Source of the DNA: Eledone cirrhosa
Lineage: Eukaryota
NCBI GenBank assembly: GCA_964016885.1
Contig: OZ024745.1
Coordinates: forward strand, 31,310,001 to 31,374,000
Length of the DNA stretch: 64,000 nt
Reading direction: 5' to 3'
Translations under genes and position numbers: made by a program
Part shown: piece by piece, positions 34,858 to 47,835 of the stretch
How the letters are laid out: every line of letters begins with the position of its first letter
Numbering within the stretch: the first letter of the stretch is position 1
Notes under the pieces: generated by a model
The model's database searches: none
Told to the model about the DNA's origin: nothing
The model's input: only the letters and a program-made list of their open reading frames with translations

Positions 34858-35454
34858 TATTTCATATAAAATAATATTGGAAGGTTTTAATCTAAAATAG
34901 AAACTCTTTAAAATGGCTGGGTTTGTTTCATAGAAACTGGGGCAGGTTGGTATCAAAAGTGTTAACTTGTGTAAACTGTTTCGTTGACCCATTTATAGGA
35001 ATCTAGCTAAAGAACAAATTATTAAGTTGGTTTTTAGAAAGTGTCTCATATTTGTTGGGCTTTAGAACTGATAAAAGTTAGTAAAACAACAGAATTTATC
35101 TAAACTTACTTGTCAATGTTAGGAATAAAAACAGATGTAATTGTAAAATTTACCTTCTTTAAATGATAGGTGCTTCAGAAATGATTTGAAAAGCAATATC
35201 CAGAACTTATTCTTATGACTTCTAACTAATTTATGTTCATTATATTTGCTAAAGTTGTGCAAGGATCTGTTGTTATTGCCTAAAAAAAACCTTTACATTT
35301 TACTTGTGCTTTGAGATCTTGCCAAAGTAATTGTCTGTGGTGCCAACTAAATTTGTCTATAAGGATTTGAATCTAAAACAAAACCTCCATACATGTGATA
35401 TCTTATGATAGAAAGAATTTGAGGTATATAAATATACATACATATATACACACA

Positions 35455-35536
<82 letters not shown>

Positions 35537-37619
35537 GTGTGTGTGTGTGTTATGAACTCCTATTTCAAAATACCAATTCCTGAATTTTTAAGCTTTAAAT
35601 TCGTGTTTACTTAAATAAATATTTGAAAAACTGCCAGTAACTATTTTAGGCATTGCTCACCATTTGTTTAACCTGAGATAGTAGCCAGCCAATGAAAGCC
35701 CTAATATTTTTGTCTTACAGTATCTATTAAAAGACTAAACATTACATAGGACAATATACTAAATATTCTACTGAAAATAGTACCCTAAGTGAATGTGGTT
35801 TTGATGTACAGTTGTTATTTACAGCCATATGTATACTTATATTTGGCTCCCAAGGGAACAGTAACCTAACAACTAAGAATGTTAGCTGACGTATTTAAGT
35901 AGAATCCCATTTGGCAAAGATTGATAATAATTACCTGGCCTAATTATAGGTATCATTACCTTAAGCCATTCACTACATTATCTTGTTTGGTGCCATATTT
36001 AACTAAATTCTGCATTGGTATGCAAGTGCCAACTCTACTTTCCTTGTATTGTTGCTATCATCATCATTATTATTTTAATATTAATATTTACAAAGTATCT
36101 TAAGAAAGAAGAAATTTAATCATTGATCCACTCCTATTATTTCTAGATGAATAACTTATTGTCACTGATGAACCTTGGATCATTATATAAAGACTAAAAT
36201 TTGTAACAATCATTGACTTAATCTTTAGTTGTTCCTTCTTAATGAACTTATATGTACTGAGTAATTGCCAATTTATCTAACTAATAAGTGTTAAATAAAG
36301 GTGACATCGATCTGATAACACTTTTTACAAAGCATTTCAAGACATGAATGGACCTTTGTCACATAGGCTTTTAACAGAAATCAAATCTGTTAACTGATTA
36401 TACAACATGCTAGATTCTTTAAAGTGCTCCTACTTTAATGTTATAACTCACTCTCAATGTAGTGGATTATATCAATATACACAACTAATGATCTAAGCTA
36501 ACTATTCAATAAGTACTTCTATATAGATATAGTACTGTTTACAAATTCTGAAGTAAAGCAAATAAGGCAAGTCTTGTAAAAATCATTATTTAATGAATAC
36601 AATAAAGGGTAAAGACCCCCTTTGGTCACGTAATACCATGAGATTTGCACCTAGAAAGTTCTCTTCCAAAGAACAAGTCTGGGCAAGGTTGTTTAACTTA
36701 CATATATATGAAATAAGGTTAAAATACTATTATAACCTCTTTATTCCAACATTCTGTATTAAACAAAAATGAGTTGCTGTTTATTTTATTTGATTCGTCC
36801 TTATCGGGTATTGTCTGCTCTCAGCAGATTGAATATCATAGATCACTCTAATATTTTTAACTATTAACTGTGAGTATGTATGTAGTGAAGCTCCAATCCC
36901 TTTTATGGTGGCTTGTAGACTATGGCAGGATTTGAAATCAAAATACAAAAAGTAGAAACAAATACTGCAAGGTATTCCATCCAGCACTTTAATAATTCTA
37001 CCTGTCTATCACCCTAGACTGGTACTTTATTTATCAACCTCAAAAGGATAAGAGGCAAATCAACCTCAGCAGTATTTGAACTCAAAGCACAAAGAGTTGG
37101 AATAAATACTGCAAGGAATTTCACCTGCCACTCCAACAATTTGTTGCCTTATTTATTAGATTAGAAATCTTTAAATTGGTTGAGTAAAAAGAACACAATA
37201 CAGTGTTCAAAATTATGACTATGATTCATGTGCTTTTCTTTCAATTCATTATATTTGGTTTAAACCATTTTATTCCTAGCTATACTTTGTTACTGCTACT
37301 GTACATTACTCAGCAGCATCACATAATTCTTATTGATGTCTGGTATCAATTCTAATTCCTAACATCATCTACAGCTGGGTGAAATTAAAGCTATGTAGTA
37401 TGTACTATTAAACACTTTTACTACTTGCTGAATTGGTTAAAGAAAAATAAGAAAAATATCCTCTTAACTATAACAACATACTGACTAATAACAATTGAAC
37501 TGAGCTGAACAAAAAAAGTTGCAGCAGGTTACCAATTTATAACTTATCCCAGATGCTACACTCTATCACTAATGGAAACATTTAGCTGTGAACTTCCCAG
37601 TCTGTTTGGCTGTAGATAT

Positions 37620-37850
37620 ATACTATCATATATACTCGAATATAAGCTGAGGAATATGTGAACAAAAGATCGATTGTAACGGGGAGGGGGGGGGGGGGGG
37701 GGAGCTTATATTCGGGGTCAATTTTTTGACAATTTTCACCAACTTCAAATTCTACATAAATAAGGTTTGAATTTTTGTCCATTTCTCAGATATAAAATAG
37801 TGGGGTTGGCTTATATTCATATCTGGTTGTATTTGAGTATAAACAGTATA
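37620..37850. mobile_element. pogo/Tigger-type MITE; partial copy at about 60785-60895
   Basis: TATACTCGAATATAAGC ... GGCTTATATTC ... GAGTATAAACAGTA termini; internal sequence shared with the 60.8-kb copy. Confidence 0.5.
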
Positions 37851-39528
37851 TATTTAGAGTGCTAAATTGATGAATTCTTGGTATTGTTGTTGCTTAGCCA
37901 CTGGTTAAATTTGATCAATGTCACTTATGATTAAAAAAATATTACAGTTGTGACCTTTCCTGTCTTTTTAAAGAATATTTAAGTCTCAATCAATCAATTG
38001 GTCATTGAAATGCCACTCTAGATGTTTTTACAATCAGCAGTCACCACTGGTCTCTTTAGTTGGACCCATTAATTGTGTCAAGGACATGACAACCACCCTA
38101 GTGCTGGTGATCTACACAATAAAAGCACCTAGAACATGCTGTAAAGTGGTTGCTGTTAGGAAGGGTATCAAGCTGTAGAAACCTTTCCAAACAAGGGGTT
38201 AGGAAAACCCTTCAGTTTGTGTCAAAAGACATGACAACTTCTCTGCACTCACTATGACCATATGTAAGTGTTACAGACTGTTCGGCATGTCTGGGAGATC
38301 AGTAGCCCAGCTTCAGTACTGACTTGGTCTATGTAGACCTGTCCAACCCTTGCAAGCAAGGAAAGCAAGCGTTAAATGATGAGGATGATGAACCTTGGTT
38401 AAGTTATATTACTATTTCCTTCAAATTCTTGATTATTTTCAAAATTTTAAAAACACATTGGTAGTGTGTTTCATTAGAAATATGGTAACAAATGAGTTAA
38501 TTAAAAATTGAAACCATATGACAGAACTGACTTGCCAAGAGTTAACACCTACTCTGGGCTCTTTACTTCTACTAAATACAAAAATTTAAAAACATGAAAG
38601 CTATTTATATTCTAGTAAAACTTGTTTATATATACTTACAGATAATTTTAATCTCTTGTAACATATCGAATATCTTTTAAATACTGACTAAATTCAACTA
38701 AATATTTCTGTAGCCAAACTTATGTTGCTGTTATTTATCCTTGGGTAGAGCTAAGATCAAAAGTATTCTAGCCATGGCCATCTTGTAGTTTGTTGTTGTT
38801 GTTCTGACTGAAGGGCTTCTCTATTGATACCAAAGTGGTTCATGCATAAGGAGTTTATCTCATGCTCTCACCATGTTTAAACTGATGAGAGGCACATCTG
38901 GATAGGAAAGAAGCTAATCCAACATGAATTTAGGTCAGAAAGAGCACCAAATAAATTAGTTTTGTGGTAGAATTGTGAAAGTGTTAGACTAAAAGATACC
39001 TTGTGGTATTTATTTACAGTCTTTTACATTTTGGGGGATGCAGGCTGGTGAAATGGTTAAGAAATTTGCTTTATAATCATTCAACACCGAGTCCAATCCC
39101 ACTTTGTAGCATCTTGGGTGCATGTCATTTACCATAACTTCAGGTCGACTCATACCTTGTGAGAGAAATCTGGTAGACGGAAAATGTTTAGAAGCCCATT
39201 CATACAATGTCATATTGAATTTCCCTGAGATTTACAGTAAGGGTACACATGTCTATGGAATGCTCAATGTCTTACTTGTTCATTTTGTGAGCAGGCTGAT
39301 CCAGTGATCAAACAATTGGAACACTCCTTGTTGAAACTGACAGAGGCTCATTCTTATATTTTTGGTTCAAATTCAGTCACTATCGACTTTGTAGGGCTGA
39401 TAAAATAAAACATCAGTCAAGTACCGGTGTCAATTTAAATTTACTAACTCTTCTCAAATTTGTGGCTTCGTACCTATGTCAAAAACAATTTTTATTCAAA
39501 AAATCATTATTATTATTATCATCATAAT

Positions 39529-39745
39529 GGGCAGTGGATTGGTAGTATCAGTAGAGTGTCAGACAACATGCTTTACAGCATATAGTTACATCCCTTTATG
39601 TTCTGAGTTCAAATCCCATTGAGGTGAGCTTTGTCTTTCATCCTTATGGGGTTGCTAAAATAAAGTACCAGTAATGCACTGGGGTCAATTTAATCGACTT
39701 TCCCCTCCCTCCAAAATTGCTGGCCTTGTGCCTAAATCAGAAACC
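39529..39745 (+). mobile_element. Family-A SINE, longer variant; similar copies at about 49408-49620 and 58612-58825
   Basis: GGGCAGTGGATTGGTAGTATC, GAGTTCAAATCCC, central domain and tail. Confidence 0.8.
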
Positions 39746-42444
39746 ATTATTATCATTATCATCACAATCATCATCATCATGTCCATCTATGTTCTGAATA
39801 CCAAACTTCCCACGTGAATTTTACCTGTCTTCCCTCCTCTAGGGAAGAGTGGAAGAGGTGGTGATAAACTAACTTCCATGGAAGTATTAAGAAAGATTTA
39901 GTTAACTAAAGCCTTCCCTCCAAATATTGTTTGGCCCTTTGCCCAAGTTAGAAAATATAATTAGAATTGACAGAGCCTTTGCTCTCATCACCTAAGTAAC
40001 TTCTTCTTCCCTAAGTTATTCATACCTCACACATACACTCCCTGTAATAATGAAATGGAAATAACTCATATACCTGTAACTCTTACACCTATCTGAAGGG
40101 ATGAAATAGAATGTGTTAGAGAGAGAGAAGGAGAGAGTTGTTTTCCGACATACAAGGATTTGATCTGGTCTACCTAATAATATTTTCCCTCAAATATTTA
40201 AGGTGACATCAATGTATGTTGGCTGGTTTCAATGTGATGTTCAGTGAGAAAGTTTCTCTGTAGTTGTTCAAGCTACTGAAAATAGCAGCCAAATTTCCCT
40301 CAAATTACACCATACCAGGTTTAATAAGGGATTTGTTACCTGCAGTAGGTTTCTCTCTTTGAGTGAAGAGCTGATTGTATAATGTTTGTGCCGATGTGCA
40401 ATGCCGGTGTGCAATGCTGCTGCATGTTAGTGAGACATGGGCCATGAATGCAGAGGATTTGCAGAGAAAAGTAAGAAGTGAAACAAACATGCTCCTGTAG
40501 ATGTGTAAAGTTGGTGTGCCTGAGCACAAACAAATTGAAAATCACAAGTTGTTGCTGTACCATCTGCTTTCTGTTATCATCAAGGCTATTGTGGGGAAAA
40601 TTCCTGGTGTCTTAGGTCTCTGAATCACAGTAACTAGGATGGAGTTGGCCACCAGCAAAAATGAGGCCCACAAGTACATCTCCCTCGCTATCCTCTGGGG
40701 CAAGATTTCCCAAACTTTTGGGGGAACCCCAATGTCTAATACTGTTATATGGTTATAATATAAATGTACTCTTCTACCTTTTTTCACGGAACCCTTTGCG
40801 GAACCCACTTTGGGAACCACTGCTCTGGAGTAATGCTTTTGCAACTCTGTCTGCTTGGACATGAATCAGCATCCATCCAAGGTGTTGCCCTTCAAAGAGA
40901 CAGAAAGAACAAATAAAAGAATGTGACAACCTTTCATTGGTTGATTGTTACTGTTTATCCCCTCTTCTTGTTCATGTTCTAATACCTCTCCTCAAACTAC
41001 TACCACTACTACAACATTTTTTAGTCTGCATGTTTCTTTTTGTTGGTTTTTATTGGTTCTTATTTGTGTTTTTTTCCTTTATTTGCTTCTTGTTCAGTTT
41101 ATTTTGCTTGTAATTTCTTTTTATTTCTGGTAAAAATAAAAAAATGAGATTGTGAATGCTTTTTTGTTTTGTTTATTCAAATTTTGTTGCAAATAAATTC
41201 TAAACATTCACATTAAAAATGCTACTGTTGTTGTTGTTTGGTTATAAAAAATAAAAAAATATATTTGTTCTAAATTTTCCACTTGTTTTTAAATATCTAT
41301 TGGTTATAGGTAATACAATCTATTGTAGAGTTAAATTGTTCCATTTGTAAGAGAGTATGTTTATCTGTGTATTATTTTACAAAAGTATTTTCATAATAAT
41401 TAATGTCTATGTTGCATAAAATATTTTGATAAAAAAACTTCCGTTATGATAACACCATTGATACAAAGTTTTGAAACTGACTTTTCATCACAAGAATCTC
41501 TATTTTTTTTTTTTTTTATTCTGTACCAAAGCTGAATTATTAAAGCAAGCCACTGCTAGCCAATTATAGAAAGCACCAGTTTACCAGTGGAAATTTCCAT
41601 GTCACCTGTTATGTCCTATGCTCACAGTAAATACCTAAAAATTGGCACCATTGTAAAATACAGGTTAAGTCAGTACTTACTGTAAGAGTTGGAGCACAGT
41701 ATACTTGACAAGTGTTTCATTATCTAACAGTACTGAATCTTTTAACCATTCAGTCTAAATAATAGATGGACTTCTACCTGAATAACTTGTTCTTCATACA
41801 CTTTATGAACATGTTTCAAACATTTCTAATAGAATTGATAATTTTTTTGTATAGTTAAATGATCAATGAAGTATTTTAAAATATTTTTGCTACTTTTACT
41901 AAAACTTGGTCATTTATTTTGCTTATAGAATTTTCAGAAGTTCTTTTATCTCGAGAATACTTTTCAGTGCATAAAAGTATTAACTATTTAGTTATAATGC
42001 TAAAAAGTATGTGTGTGTATATATATGTGTATATATATATATATATATATACATATATACACAGTATGTCCCAAAAAATGTATACACACTTCAACAGCAT
42101 TCTAATAAATATTGCCTGTACAGGTAATAATAATATGTACATTTTTGGGGGATACCATCATCATCATCATTTTACATCCTTTTTTCCCTGCTTGCAAGGG
42201 TTGGACCCTGTATATATATATATATTTAATCATCATATATGTATGTATATATATATATATATCATCATCATCATTTGATATCTATTTTTCCATTCTTGCT
42301 TGGGTTAGATGGGTTGTTGCATTATGAGACAAGTCATGGTGCAGTTTTGAAATACTCATGAATATATTTATGAAATTTTAATATTTTGATATTTAGAATG
42401 TTCTAAATGACATTAAATGATGATGATAGCTATCTATCTATCTA

Positions 42445-42504
<60 letters not shown>

Positions 42505-43199
42505 AGTGTGTGTGATGATATATATATATAAAGATAAACAAATCTCATGCATGAAAGCTCAAATTTTCGAACTTATTAAGTCCTGGAGAAATAAATTTAT
42601 ATGAAGATGTAGGAAGCTCAGGGACAGAAAATAACTGAAATTACAGTCAGTTGCTATAAAATAGCTTATAAAACTCAGGTAAAGACCCCCAGAGCTTACT
42701 GTATCTTCTTATAAATTTATTTCCTTGGTATTTAGTAAATTAAAAAATTGTCATGTTTTTCATTTTACACCCCATTTCTTAAACCACACTGGAAAAATAT
42801 TTGTTTCCTGAAATAGTTTTGAAAGTATTTTTCTATAACTAATAATTAATAAAATATAAATTTAGGTTTTGTTCAAAGTATTATTTAACTCTTAACATCA
42901 TGTATCACATAAAACCACATCAGCAAGACATTCTTGAAAAATACAAAACAACATTATGACTGCATCACATTAAAAATTAAAGCCTTTACTTTAATACTGC
43001 AAATTTTAGCAATGATCTGTCCAGTAGTAAAGAATACTATAAACATTTGAATTATCAAACATATTTTTAGATATTTTCTGTAAAATCATTAAAAGGCAAC
43101 TTAAGTTGATAATTCACATTGAGTGCACTTTTTTCTTCCGTATGGTGTCTTTTTTTTCTCCATACTTAGATATGTTGTATTATTATTTTTATTATCTAG

Positions 43200-43387
43200 A
43201 GTGGTGGTTTGGCAGTATCAGTAGAGGGTCGGACAACATGCTTTGTAGCACAGAGTTACACCCCTTTCTGATCTAAGTTCAAATCCTGCCGAGGTTAACT
43301 TTGCCTTTCATCCTTATGGGGTCGATAAAATAAAGTACCAGTAATGCACTGGGTAATTGCTGGCCTTGTGCCAAAAGTAGAAACAAT
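43200..43387 (+). mobile_element. Full-length family-A SINE with TSD
   Basis: Flanked by TTTTATTATCTA on both sides. Confidence 0.85.
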
Positions 43388-45119
43388 TTTTATTATCTAA
43401 CTGTTAGTTTATTATCTTGGAAACTTTCCTTCCTTAAAGAAGAAAAATATTACAATATGGAAATATTTCAGATGTATAATTACAAACGTTAATATGTTTT
43501 AATTCCTGTTAGTAAATTCCTTAGGAAGCTGATGGAAATTGTTTATATCAAATAAAACTTTATATAACTAAATAACATTTAAAGTAGTTCAAATTAATAT
43601 AGTAATAAGTTTCTTCTAGACTGAAAATGTTTTATTGGCTTTTATAAATATTTGATAATTCTCTTCCTACTGTTATAGTGTTTAGAAAGTTAAAACATTT
43701 GTCAGAACTAAAATTAACTGAATAAAATTTGTTTTTACTGTGTGTTTTTTTAAAAGAAAATAACTTACAAATTTAATAGTTGATCAAATATCCAGAGAAA
43801 GAAAGCAGGTTTGGGAAGGACTATAAATGCTATAAATGAGAGTAAAAGGAGGGAAAGAGCAAGGACTATTAGGTAACAGAAGAAAGGAAGGGGAGAAGGT
43901 GACAGACTCTACACCTAGGTCAGAGCTGTGTTTTGGCTGCACCCCGTGGACAAAATGGCAAAGGCATTTCCATAGACAATGGCCAGTAACACCCACTGCA
44001 ACAGCCACCCAACCTTCTGGGCTCCTTCCTTAGATGAGCTGCTGTTGTTCCAATTTTACAGAGGAAGTCAGTGCAGCATAGTGGTTATTCAATGTCATCT
44101 ATGAAAAAATCACAATACAATGCTAACATTGTTGATTTTTTAGATAAAGTGTTTCACATTCATGGGAGAAATGAAATTACTTGATATTCATTTCTTTGTT
44201 CTCAACATTAGAAATTTAAGTGAAATGAAATGGGTCCAATTGGTGATTGAAATCAGATTATAGACTTGGTTTCTTGGGAACTCTACATCGATCATCACAA
44301 TACTTCTGATATTCACATCATATCACCGGTGTAAAGTGGTTGTGTAGGTGACACGAGAAAAAGCGCCCTGTCCACATTGTAAATGTGGTTGGCATTAGGA
44401 AGGGCATCCAGCCATAGAAACCAAGCCAGAAACAGTTCTGTATGAGCAAGACATGGTCATCTGATCTGGCTTGTCTCTCAGCAGGACAGCTTGTCCAACC
44501 ATGCTAGCATGGAAAAATGGACGTTAAACGGTGATGATGATGATGATCAACATACTGATACAGAGACACAGATTCCTCTCCTGCACACTTCAGTTGATTC
44601 TTATTTATCCCTAGTTACTTTTTTACTTCATTTTTGCTCTACCTTTAATAGGAGTTAACATTGCACATCCAACTGATCATAATCACCTTATTTCTTTCCA
44701 GCTTTCACAGGTCTACATTCAGTGCCCATCTCTCATTATCACACGTTATCTTGCTTCTTGTGTTTCATACGGCCTGTCTAGTCATCATTGTTGTCATCAT
44801 CATCATCATCATCATCATCATTATCATCAAACATCTGTTTTCCCTATTAGCAAGGGTTGGATGGGTTACTACAGACCAAGTCAGGACTTAATTAGAACCA
44901 CCTATCTCTTAGATGGGCCAGAGGCTGCATCTTGCTTACATACATTCCTGCACTCTACAGAGTGCAGCACGCAACACAAACTTCAGGAAACTAACCACCT
45001 ACATGATCACCCATAAATATGGTGAACATGTTTATCATGCATAAACATATTGTATATGACTTCATATATGTTTTTATGGAGTGATAACGACATTTACTCT
45101 TAAAGATACTGAAAAAAAA

Positions 45120-46160
45120 TGAGGCACTTCCGTGCTGTTATGAGAGAATGTATGGGGGAAAGAGAGTTTATGATGAGTATATCAAACAAAGACTCCTGTC
45201 AATAAAGTTGACAATAGTATGGTCTCCAAAGTAGTTAAGAATATGAAGACTGAAAAGGCAGCTGGTCCATCAGGAACTGTCACTGGAATGCTTAAAGATT
45301 CTGGGGGAATAGGGCACAGGCTAATCACTCACATTATAAACTAGGTAATACAGGAAGGTGTTGTACTCTGTTATGGCTTTAGCTGGGAACTCCTGTATGC
45401 AGCTGACATAGTTCTCATAGCTGAATCTCTAGAGAAGTTTGAGAAAAAATTCCAGACAGGGTAAATGTAGGAAATACCAAAGATTTAATAAGAAGGAAGA
45501 AGGCAGGACTCTAATACACAGAAAAGAAGTAAGTAGAAATTTTATATAGTGTACCCAACCCAGTGTAATCTATAGACACATGAGAGATGTAGGAAAGTTG
45601 ACAGAAAAAGTAGACATTGTCTATGGTAGATGCAGAGGAGTAGTTCACAGTGAGAATACACACAAAGTAAATTCCCATGTATACTCTAAAAGCACACTGG
45701 AAAGTAGTTAGCTTCTGTTACAGAGTTGATCTGTAGTGGAGGAGATTGTATTGAAAGCATTGTAGCCAGAATAAGAATAGGATGGAAAATGTTCACAGTG
45801 CTATCAGTGCTATTACCTCTACTGGCAACAGAGGGTTTTTCTATTATAGTGAAACACAAAACTGTATGATGATTGAATACGAAATGTGAGGTTGTATGGT
45901 AGCTAGAAATAGGCCTTGAATATAGAAGGTCAGCAGTGGCTGGAAAGAAATGAAGTGAACATGTTTTATTAGGTTTGTATGAACAATGGAACACAATTGA
46001 GTTGAAAGAAAAACTGGGTATGAGAAGAATCCTGTAATATACACGAGAGAAAGCTGCACTGGTGAGGACATTTGATGCGCATGGAAGATGTTGGTTGTAT
46101 AAAGAAGTGCTGAGCTCTTGAATTCAGTGAAACCTATGGAAGAAAAAGACATGAGGGAAG
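45120..46160 (+). pseudogene. Heavily decayed RTE reverse transcriptase remnant; smaller remnant at about 40340-40520
   Basis: MKTEKAAGPSG, WELLYAADIVLIAES and ARIRIGWKMF pieces, homologous to 62656-64000. Confidence 0.7.
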
Positions 46161-47691
46161 TGATGGCAAGGAATTACGATAATTGGTTGCATGTAATGCT
46201 GGAGAAGACCCACTCTCTAGTATTAATAAAGTGTTCAATATACTCCTTTTAAGTCCCATTCCCTATCTGCTACATCCCTCACCTTCTGTTGATTCATTAT
46301 ATATAGTTGTTTCTCATTTGGGGCCTACATGTACCAGTACATACTATTTCAAGCTGGTTTTTTAAACTATTTTGGTTGAATTATAAAATCATTTTGAAGT
46401 GTGTGTGTGTTTTTATCTACTTGTAGCTATTTTGTGTTCTGTTGACTGGCATTGGACACAATGTCTTTTAAAGCTAATGACACCTAGGATTGCTTTTTCT
46501 CACGGGGATACTGAGACCATTGGGGTTTATACCTTCATATGCCTTTAAGGTCTAAGCAGCACTAAAAAGATTCATTTGGGACTCTCAGCCATAGTCTCTT
46601 GCCTGGGGGCATCAGAATGTGTTGATTACATCATATTAAAAAGTATTTCATTGGTCCCCTGGAGGAATGAAAGACAAACTTGATTTCCATGGGATTTGAA
46701 CATAAATGCCTTGTATCCCAAATTCTGATTCTGTCAGTCCACCATTTTGTGTTAATATTCTTGTGTTTATTCAGCTAATTCTAGAAAACAGATTTTACAT
46801 ACTTAGATATTAGGAACTTTTTTCTTCATAAAATGAAAAGTATAGCTAATTGGATTGTCCCACTACCACTACCACTAAAATCACCACCACCACTACTATG
46901 ACCAACACCACTACCACCACATACCACCACACCTAGTTTCCTAGTGATATATATTTTATGAAACCTAATGAACAGGAAAACATTATCCTTTCTTGTGACA
47001 TTTGAAATCTTAACAGGATGACATTGGACTAGATAACATAAAACATCTTTACTAATCTCCCTATTGTCTTAGCTATTATTCTCTCAATCATGTTCATCAT
47101 GTTGACCTTTTATACAAGAGTTAAGGAAATAATTTCTCTGCCTTCTCCATTGTACTTTTTTAATGACTTAGTCAGAAGGACAAAAGACAGCACTTATGAT
47201 CCTTTTCAGGACTTCCATGATTAAATGGAGGAGTTGAGGAAGGAATCCTTGGAGTGAAGTTCTGCTTGCAATAGAGTGTACTCTGCTAAAGGTACTGAAA
47301 AGCCAGTTGGTGGTGTTAAACCAGGAAATAAAATACTCTCAAGCTAAAGATTACAATCTGATAAACTTACATATGACCTAGAGTAATTGTACTGTGCAAA
47401 ATGTTTTTTGGGACTGACAAATTTTAATCAAAGAATATTTTAGTCACATCATGTTTTAATTTATTGATTAAGAATATTATTTGTAATCCACCCTTATTAA
47501 CCTTTTGACAGTTTATAAGTACACATTTCCTTATCAACAATGTCAATGGAAGAAAGAAAGAAACTAATCATTTACAAGCAATATAATATATTATCAGAAA
47601 TATAGAATTCTGATAATGACACTCAGATCTTTATCTGACTATTAAATAATAGTTTCTGTTGATATAGATTAATTGCACCAATGGTTCCATT

Positions 47692-47835
47692 AGCATTATC
47701 ATCACCATTGTTATCATCATTATCATTACCATCATCATCATCATCATCATCATTACCATCATCATCATTATCATCATCATCATCATTACCTTCATCATCA
47801 TCATCATCATTACCATTATCATTGATATTATTTTC
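47692..47835. repeat. (ATC/ATT/ACC)n microsatellite
   Basis: Directly visible. Confidence 0.95.

Noticed and set aside
35154-35372. Longer minus-strand exon IQILIDKFSWHHRQLLWQDLK...
   Set aside because: Requires an extra base in the A8 run at 35282-35289 to stay in frame; no homology recognised
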